Positions 7,621 to 14,330 of a stretch of DNA of 59,864 nt are shown in pieces; the stretch's first letter is position 1; each line of letters begins with the position of its first letter. The notes under the pieces are model-generated. The model was given only the letters and a program-made list of their open reading frames with translations. It was not told where the DNA came from and ran no database searches. The position numbers were made by a program, and so were the translations under genes. This stretch comes from Syntrophales bacterium (lineage in GTDB: Bacteria > Desulfobacterota > Syntrophia > Syntrophales > JADFWA01). The stretch is from the NCBI GenBank assembly GCA_030655775.1, contig JAUSPI010000186.1, positions 1 to 59,864 of the forward strand, in the 5' to 3' direction.

Positions 7621-8598
7621 TTAAATAAGCCCCATCTCCTGGATCATATTTGTATCCATTTCGGCATTTCTACCCTGTGTGGTAAGGTAGTTTCCTATCA
7701 TCAATCCGTTTGCACCCGCCATAAATGTCCATGACTGATAATCTTGGAGAGTTACCTCTCTGCCACCGCATATGGTTATATCCTTTCCGGGGTTTATAAA
7801 CCTGAAAAGGGCAATGCACTTCAATGCTTCCATAGGTGACAGCAAAGGCATACTTTCCATTCTGGTGCCGGCGACGGGATTGAGAAAATTTATCGGTACT
7901 ATGTCGACGTCCAGCTCTTTGAGTGTAAAGGCCAGTTCGATACGCTGCTCCCACGTCTCACCCAGCCCTAAAATACCCCCCGAGCAGGCCTTGAGACCGG
8001 TTGATTGGGCAAATTTGACCGTCTGAATATCTTCATCATAGTCATGGGTTGTACAAATCTGGTCAAAATAGCTCCGTGCGGTCTCAAGGTTGTGATGATA
8101 GGTTGTGATTCCGCCCTCTTTCAACCGTCTTGCCATCGGCTCGGTCAGCATGCCCAGTGAGGCACAAATCATAAGGTCGGTCTTCTCCTTAATGTTTGAC
8201 GCTGCCCGGCTGATCGTTTTAATTTCTTCGTCTGTAAGCATGGTCCCGCTGGTTACCATCGAGTATTTTGTAGCACCCGCTTCGTACATCCGAAGAGCAT
8301 TATCTACGAGCTCTTCTTCACTCAATAAGGGATACGTTTCAATTTCGGTTTTATGATGTGCCGATTGGGCACAGAAGGCGCAGTTTTCAGGGCAAAAACC
8401 GGATTTGGCGTTGATTATGGAGCATGTAAAAACACTGTTTTTTTTGTATTTATTCCTGATCTTATTGGCACACATTATCAGGTCGATGGTATCATCGACA
8501 GGAAGTACGGAAAGTTCACAAGCCTCTTCATAAGAGATGGAATTTCCGGCATCTTCCATAATTTTTTCAGTTATGGTAATTATCTTTTTGTTGAACAT
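7621..8598 (-). CDS. bioB: biotin synthase (radical SAM)
   Basis: 325 aa with the CPENCAFCAQS (CxxxCxxC) cluster motif. Conserved BioB length and context. Confidence 0.95.
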   Translation of the reverse strand: MFNKKIITITEKIMEDAGNSISYEEACELSVLPVDDTIDLIMCANKIRNKYKKNSVFTCSIINAKSGFCPENCAFCAQSAHHKTEIETYPLLSEEELVDNALRMYEAGATKYSMVTSGTMLTDEEIKTISRAASNIKEKTDLMICASLGMLTEPMARRLKEGGITTYHHNLETARSYFDQICTTHDYDEDIQTVKFAQSTGLKACSGGILGLGETWEQRIELAFTLKELDVDIVPINFLNPVAGTRMESMPLLSPMEALKCIALFRFINPGKDITICGGREVTLQDYQSWTFMAGANGLMIGNYLTTQGRNAEMDTNMIQEMGLI

Positions 8599-8650
8599 GG
8601 TTTTTATCCTTTAGTTGTTTGTATTTACATCTTCCGACTTCGGGAGCGCT

Positions 8651-8679
8651 CTTATATCAAAGAGAGGAATATATGTCAA
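8651..8679 (-). promoter_or_regulatory. putative bioB promoter
   Basis: On the minus strand, TTGACA (rc of 8674-8679), a 17-nt spacer, then TATAAG (rc of 8651-8656). The -35 lies inside the operator half-site. Confidence 0.5.
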
Positions 8680-8703
8680 CCACAATTAAATTATGGGTTG
8701 ACA
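8674..8703. promoter_or_regulatory. BirA-type operator TGTCAACC-N14-GGTTGACA between bioB and birA
   Basis: Perfect 8-bp inverted repeat with a 14-nt AT-rich spacer. Same class as the E. coli bioO half-sites (TGTAAACC / GGTTTACA, recalled from memory). Confidence 0.75.
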
Positions 8704-8731
8704 ATGAAGTCCGCACGTGGTGTATTGGGGC

Positions 8732-9721
8732 ATGACTACAAAAGAGCAATTGCTATCATACCTGAAAAAGGAGATGGGAAACTGGGTTTCAGGCGAGTCG
8801 CTGAGCAACAAGCTGGCGGTCAGCCGAGCTGCCGTTTGGAAACATATCGGCAAATTGAAAGCAGATGGCTATATTATAGAGTCCTCCCCTAAAAAAGGGT
8901 ATCTTTTGAGTAAGATTTCCGATCTGCTATTACCCGCTGAGATTGAGGAAGGACTTGATACCAGAGTCTTCGGGAAAGGAAATATTGTCTACCTTAATGA
9001 AATAGATTCAACCAATATAAAGGCAAAAGAGTTGGCAGCTATGGGCGCCCCTGAAGGGACGGTAGTCGTCGCGGAGAAACAGACGAACGGAAGGGGAAGA
9101 AGAGGTCGAAGCTGGTTTTCACCTTCGGGTGATGGAATCTATGCTTCCCTTATCTTGAGGCCGGTCATGTCTCCGATCGAGTTACCGAGAATCACCCTGA
9201 TGACAGCGGTTGCGGTATCAGATGCCCTGCTTTCACTTACGCAATTAAAAATCAGGATCAAGTGGCCCAATGATATCCTCGTGAACGGGAAAAAGATAGC
9301 CGGTATCCTTACAGAGATCAGTACAGAAATGGACGAGGTGGACTATATCATCGTTGGTCTCGGACTGAATGTTAACACGCCATCTGAAAGTTTTCCCGAG
9401 GAGATAAGGGAAGAGGCCACGTCAATTTCAACAGAGATGGGAAGACACTTTCCCAGAGCGCCGATTGTCCGTGAATACCTTCGATGGTATGAAAAGTATT
9501 ACGAGATGTTTAAAAAAAGAGGGTTTGAATCCATTATGCACCGGTGGAAGGAACTTGCCGATATCACCGGAGAGCAGATTATGGTTGACGTGCTCGGTGA
9601 GAAGTATGTCGGGGAAGTCCTCGATGTTGGCAATGATGGAGTCTTGCTCCTGATGGATAAAGAGGGAAATACTCACAGGATATTTTCGGGGGACGTGCAA
9701 ATAATAGGGGCACGCCCGTGA
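8732..9721 (+). CDS. birA: bifunctional biotin-protein ligase / bio operon repressor
   Basis: N-terminal winged HTH (LSNKLAVSRAAVWKHIGKLKADGY), a ligase core with GRGRRGR, and a C-terminal SH3-like domain. The ATG at 8732 is preferred over the GTG at 8717. Confidence 0.9.
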   Translation: MTTKEQLLSYLKKEMGNWVSGESLSNKLAVSRAAVWKHIGKLKADGYIIESSPKKGYLLSKISDLLLPAEIEEGLDTRVFGKGNIVYLNEIDSTNIKAKELAAMGAPEGTVVVAEKQTNGRGRRGRSWFSPSGDGIYASLILRPVMSPIELPRITLMTAVAVSDALLSLTQLKIRIKWPNDILVNGKKIAGILTEISTEMDEVDYIIVGLGLNVNTPSESFPEEIREEATSISTEMGRHFPRAPIVREYLRWYEKYYEMFKKRGFESIMHRWKELADITGEQIMVDVLGEKYVGEVLDVGNDGVLLLMDKEGNTHRIFSGDVQIIGARP

Positions 9722-9903
9722 GATCCACTCCGTTGAACAAAGGCTCTCCAAAAAAGAAAAGGTGGCAGACGATAATTTCTCCGTAAGAATAGCCATCGTC
9801 CCAGTTTTTTAAAGATTGCCTCATCACTTATCGCAATGACAATACCGGCATTATGCAAGGCCTTCAGTTTCTGACACCAAATACCCTACCCTCTTTAAAT
9901 CCC

Positions 9904-9932
9904 TTGACAAAAAATCTTTAAAGCCATATGGT
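9904..9932 (+). promoter_or_regulatory. putative promoter upstream of ychF
   Basis: TTGACA (9904-9909), 17-nt spacer, TATGGT (9927-9932). An AAGGAG SD precedes the ATG at 9979. Confidence 0.45.
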
Positions 9933-9978
9933 GCCGGTCTTTCGAACAACCGATACATAAACAAGGAGACCACGTCAT

Positions 9979-11046
9979 ATGAAAATTGGACTGATCGGCT
10001 TGCCCAATTCGGGGAAGACGACAATTTTTAACGCGCTTACGAAAATGGAGGCCCACGTCACCACATACTCCAACGCAAAGGCGGAACCGAATGTGGCCGT
10101 CGTCAAGGTAAACGATGATCGCCTGATTCGCCTCACCGATATGTACAAGCCGAAGAAGACCACCGGCGCTACAATTGAAATGATCGATTTCCCCAGCTTG
10201 AAGGAAGGTTCCGCAAAGAACGGTTCTTTTTCAGGAAACTCCATGGAATGGATCAAAAACACAGATGCCCTGGCCCTGGTGGTGCGCAACTTTAATGATG
10301 ACCTGGCGGGAGATCCCACGCCTCTTGGCGACATTGACTAAATCGATACGGAACTTCTCCTCGCCGATCTTATACTCGTGGAAAACAGGCTTGAGAGGCT
10401 TGAATGGTTCCAGAAACGGGGGCAAAAAACGAATGCGCTTGCACTGGAAGAAAGAGCTCTCCGAAAAGTCGCGGAGCAACTCAACAACAATCAACCCATC
10501 CGGAACCTCGATCTTGATGAAGATGAAGAGAAAACGATACGCGGTTTTCAATTTCTCACGAAAAAACCGTTTCTTGTTATCCTGAACTCGGATGAAACCG
10601 TTTTCGGACAGAATAAGAATATCATGGGCGAAATCGAATCGCGGTACAACGTCATTGAATTCGCCGGCAGCTTCGAAACGGAATTGACTTGCCTCAACGA
10701 TGAAGAAGCGAAAATCTTTATGGAAGATATCGGCATCAAAAAGTCTGCCCGGGAGAGACTGACACAATTCGCGTACAGGACGCTCGGGTACGTAAGCTTT
10801 TTTACCATCGGTGAAGATGAAGTACGGGCATGGAGTATTCATGGTGGAGATACGGCGGTAAATGCGGCCGGCGCCATTCATTCCGATCTCGCGCGGGGAT
10901 TTATCCGCGCGGAATGTTTTACATACGATGAATTAATCGAATGCGGGTCGGAAAAAGGGGTGCGGGCGAACGGCAGCTTCCGGCTGGAAGGAAAAGATTA
11001 CATCGTCCGGGACGGCGATGTTCTGAGCATTAGATTCAGCGTCTGA
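9979..11046 (+). pseudogene. ychF: YchF/OLA1-family ribosome-binding ATPase interrupted by one in-frame TAA (10339-10341)
   Basis: ORFs 9979-10341 and 10378-11046 are in the same frame. Reading through gives PLGDID*IDTELLLADLILVENRLERLE, colinear with YchF. Has the P-loop GLPNSGKTT and a C-terminal TGS-like GFIRAE...[11 protein letters not shown]. Confidence 0.75.
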
Positions 11047-11087
11047 CAGAGCAACAAAAACAGAAAAATGGAGAAAAAACGTCAATT

Positions 11088-12899
11088 ATGCGGAAACAAA
11101 ATTTCAGGAATATCGCAATAATCGCCCATGTCGATCACGGGAAGACGACGCTCATCGACGGGATGCTCAAACAGAGCGGCATTTTCAGAGAAAACCAGCA
11201 GGTCGCTGAGCGTATCATGGATTCGATGGACCTCGAGAAAGAACGGGGGATCACGATCATGGCAAAAAACACGGCCATCTGGTACAACGGCGTTAAGATC
11301 AATATAGTCGATACGCCCGGCCACGCCGATTTTGGTGGCGAGGTGGAGCGAAGCCTGAATATGGTCGACGGGGCGATCCTGCTTGTGGATGCCAGCGAAG
11401 GCCCGCTGCCGCAGACAAGATTTGTTGTCAAGAAGGCCCTCGCCAAACGGCTGCCCATCATTGTGGTCATCAACAAAATCGATCGCAGCGATGCAAGAAT
11501 CGAGGAGGTCGTGGACGAAGTCTATAATCTTTTTATCGATCTCGATGCCGATGAAGAGCAGATAGAATTTCCCATACTTTACACAAACGCCAAAACAGGC
11601 GTTGCGCATGTAACACTGGCTGATGACTCCGCTGACTTGCAACCGTTGTTTGAGACAATTATCGCCACTATGCCCGCGCCCGAGGCAAACGATGACGAAG
11701 TCCCGCAGTTTCTTATAACGAATCTCGATCATGATTCCTATGTCGGGCAGGTCGCCATCGGCAGGCTGGCAAACGGCGTCCTGGAGATGAATACAAATTA
11801 TTCCCTGTGCGGAGCCAATGAAGTCACGCCGGGGATAAAATTTTCTGCCCTGTACACCTTCGACGGGTTAAAAAGGGTACAGGTCAACAGAGTGGAGGCC
11901 GGGGATATCGTTGCTGTTGCCGGTGTCGAACATATGACGATCGGCGATACGATCTCTTCAGTGGAAAACCCCTGCCCCCTGCCCCGCATTAATGTCGACG
12001 AGCCGACCGTTTCGATGATCTTTTATGTAAACAACAGTCCTACTGCCGGTATTGAAGGCAAATATCTTACGACGCGTCATCTCCGTGACCGTCTTGAGAA
12101 GGAGACTCTTCGAAATGTGGCGCTGAAAATCAGGAACCTTCCCCGCAAGGATATGTTCGAAGTCTGCGGCCGCGGGGAGTTACAGATGGCTGTTCTGATT
12201 GAAACCATGCGCAGGGAAGGGTACGAATTTATGGTATCCAAACCGCAGGTGATTACCAAAGAGGAAAACGGAAAAGTCCTTGAACCGACTGAGCGGCTTT
12301 TGATTGATATTCCGGAAGAATTTATCGGTGTCGTTACGGAAAAACTATCCGGACGGAAGGGGCGCATGACAAATCTGATCAATAAAGGCAGCGGTCGCGT
12401 CAAGCTGGAGTTTGTAATACCGTCGCGTGGAATGATCGGTTTCCGAAGTCATTTTCTGACGGATACAAAAGGCGCTGGAGTTATGAATACGCTCTTTGAC
12501 GGACACGAACCCTGGTTCGGCCATATTCCTCAACGGGCGAACGGCGCTCTGGTCGCCGACAGAGCAGGGAGAGTCACGACCTATGCGAGTCTCGCGATGA
12601 CGGATCGTGGCGAGCTGCTTGTCGAGGTAGGAACGGACGTGTACGGCGGAATAATTATCGGTGAGCGAAACAGGCCGGGTGATCTGAACGTAAATATCAC
12701 CAAGGAAAAGCAATTGACGAATATGCGGAGTTCCACGTCGGAAGCCACGGTAACCCTGCGGCCGCCGCGCCGCCTGTCACTGGATCAGTCCATCGAATTT
12801 ATCGCAGAGGACGAACTGATTGAAGTGACCCCGCAGAACATCCGTTTGCGCAAAATGGAACTGGACAAAAACAAACGGCCCGCTAAATTAATGGCTTAG
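11088..12899 (+). CDS. typA: translational GTPase TypA/BipA
   Basis: 603 aa. Starts [14 protein letters not shown] with the DTPGHADF G-motifs, and is colinear with BipA. Confidence 0.95.
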   Translation: MRKQNFRNIAIIAHVDHGKTTLIDGMLKQSGIFRENQQVAERIMDSMDLEKERGITIMAKNTAIWYNGVKINIVDTPGHADFGGEVERSLNMVDGAILLVDASEGPLPQTRFVVKKALAKRLPIIVVINKIDRSDARIEEVVDEVYNLFIDLDADEEQIEFPILYTNAKTGVAHVTLADDSADLQPLFETIIATMPAPEANDDEVPQFLITNLDHDSYVGQVAIGRLANGVLEMNTNYSLCGANEVTPGIKFSALYTFDGLKRVQVNRVEAGDIVAVAGVEHMTIGDTISSVENPCPLPRINVDEPTVSMIFYVNNSPTAGIEGKYLTTRHLRDRLEKETLRNVALKIRNLPRKDMFEVCGRGELQMAVLIETMRREGYEFMVSKPQVITKEENGKVLEPTERLLIDIPEEFIGVVTEKLSGRKGRMTNLINKGSGRVKLEFVIPSRGMIGFRSHFLTDTKGAGVMNTLFDGHEPWFGHIPQRANGALVADRAGRVTTYASLAMTDRGELLVEVGTDVYGGIIIGERNRPGDLNVNITKEKQLTNMRSSTSEATVTLRPPRRLSLDQSIEFIAEDELIEVTPQNIRLRKMELDKNKRPAKLMA

Positions 12900-12979
12900 A
12901 AATCCTCAAAAATAGGGCCTGAACCCTTCATGCACCGGTAGGCAGAAACACCTCCCAAATCCATTAGACTCCTTTAATC

Positions 12980-13008
12980 TTGACACTTAGTGATATTTTT
13001 CCTATAGT
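12980..13008 (+). promoter_or_regulatory. putative promoter upstream of the LolA-like/MMPL cluster
   Basis: TTGACA (12980-12985), 17-nt spacer, TATAGT (13003-13008). This would place repeat C2 in the 5' leader. Confidence 0.5.
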
Positions 13009-13024
13009 TCGATCTGATCCTATA

Positions 13025-13137
13025 GTGAAGCTCCCCGCCCACAGGGCGGGGCTGCTTCCCGGCAAGGAATATGTTTGTTTTATATTGCGCCCCTTACCCC
13101 GCATACAAGGCGGGGCTTGCGGGTGCGCTCCCGGTCA
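13025..13137 (+). repeat. Family C element, copy C2 (most complete)
   Basis: gtgaagctccccgcccacagggcgggg...tatattgcgccccttaccccgcatacaaggcggggcttgcgggtgcgctcccggtca. Two GC hairpins flank an AT-rich spacer. Confidence 0.8.
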
Positions 13138-13210
13138 TTTCATTTCCAGAGTAAAAACTTATTAAAATAAGAAGATAAACCGGTAAAATTTCAACATAAA
13201 GGAGAGGGAT

Positions 13211-14026
13211 ATGAACAGGAAATTTTGGACACTGGGTTTGATTATCTTGTGGCTGATTGTTCCACTTCTGGCACAGGCTGCAGAAATAACCGGACGCGAG
13301 GTTATGGAAAAGCAAAAAGGATTGCATAAAGTACAAAGTGAAATTGGAAGCGAAATTATGCTCCTCGTAGACAAGGACGGAAGCAAGGAAAAGCGGCTGG
13401 TCAAACGATATGCAAAAGAAGTGGGCGATGATGTTCACCGTTATCTTATCGTGTTCCTTGATCCCGCCGACATAAGGGGGACAGCTCTCCTTACTTGGGA
13501 ACAAAAAGAACGAGACAACGACCAATGGCTGTACCTTCCCGCACAGAAAAAAATGCAGCGCGTTGCAAAGGGAAGCAAGAAAAATTACTTCATGGGTACA
13601 GACTTTACATATGAAGACATGGAACCGGAAGATCTTGACAACTTTAACTATAAGATTCTGCGTTCGGAAAAGCTGAATCAGGATGAGAAGGATTTTGATT
13701 GCTATGTAATCGAATCAACTCCCGCCAACAAAGAAAAAACGAGGGAAAGCGGCTATTCCAAACGGATTATGTGGGTAGAAAAGAGAAACCTATATACCCT
13801 TAAGGCAGAGTTCTATGATCGCAGAGGCAGGTTGCTGAAGAGACAAACCAATCATGCGTTAGAAAATGTTTCAGGAACGGTATGGCGTGCGAAAAAAACC
13901 CTGATGGATCATCTGGAAAGAAAGCATAAAACCCTTACGGGCATTAAGTCGAGAGAGATCAACACTTCTGTAAAGGATTCTGTCTTCACAGAACGCTTTA
14001 TACTTTCCGGCAAGCACACACAGTAA
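13211..14026 (+). CDS. secreted LolA-like outer-membrane lipoprotein-sorting family protein
   Basis: 271 aa with signal peptide MNRKFWTLGLIILWLIVPLLAQA. This family is commonly encoded beside MMPL/RND exporters. Confidence 0.7.
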   Translation: MNRKFWTLGLIILWLIVPLLAQAAEITGREVMEKQKGLHKVQSEIGSEIMLLVDKDGSKEKRLVKRYAKEVGDDVHRYLIVFLDPADIRGTALLTWEQKERDNDQWLYLPAQKKMQRVAKGSKKNYFMGTDFTYEDMEPEDLDNFNYKILRSEKLNQDEKDFDCYVIESTPANKEKTRESGYSKRIMWVEKRNLYTLKAEFYDRRGRLLKRQTNHALENVSGTVWRAKKTLMDHLERKHKTLTGIKSREINTSVKDSVFTERFILSGKHTQ

Positions 14027-14029
14027 GGA

Positions 14030-14253
14030 AAAGTGCCTAAAGTATATTAAAGTGCCTAAAATGCCTAAAGTTAATCCCGCCAGCAGGGTGGGATGCCATT
14101 TTATATCTGCAGGCAGGTAGGTTTCTTAAGCCATCAATGCACTATTGGGGCACAATTGTGATGGACTCTAAGTGGTTTTGGGTTATCAATCAGCACGCCG
14201 TAGGCGTACTACAACTTCAGGCACTTTAAATACTTTAGCTCACTTTAGGCACT
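14030..14253. repeat. Family A palindrome (cctaaagt words) with ~140-nt core
   Basis: Left arm aaagtgcctaaagtatattaaagtgcctaaaatgcctaaagttaat (14030-14074). Right arm acttcaggcactttaaatactttagctcactttaggcact (14214-14253). Confidence 0.75.
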
Positions 14254-14330
14254 CATGTTCGTGCCTAAGGAGCCCTAATTTGATATTTTTCTATGAGTTA
14301 AACGAATGCTGATGGTGAGAGGTTATATGT

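Noticed and set aside
8353-8892. 179-aa plus-strand ORF spanning the bioB 5' end, the operator and the birA start
   Set aside because: It is antisense to bioB, crosses an obvious regulatory region, and is out of frame with birA. No homology is recognisable.
10339-10341. ychF internal stop as selenocysteine or pyrrolysine recoding
   Set aside because: The codon is TAA, not TGA or TAG. No SECIS-like hairpin is evident downstream, and the aligned YchF position is a variable residue.
10231-11732. Two 216-aa minus-strand ORFs (10231-10881 and 11082-11732) antisense to ychF and typA
   Set aside because: These are shadow ORFs inside GC-rich, strongly conserved plus-strand genes. They have no recognisable motifs, and their codon usage looks like antisense.
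13094-13525. 143-aa minus-strand ORF overlapping the LolA-like gene start
   Set aside because: It is antisense to a gene that has a clear signal peptide and SD, and it begins inside the C2 repeat.
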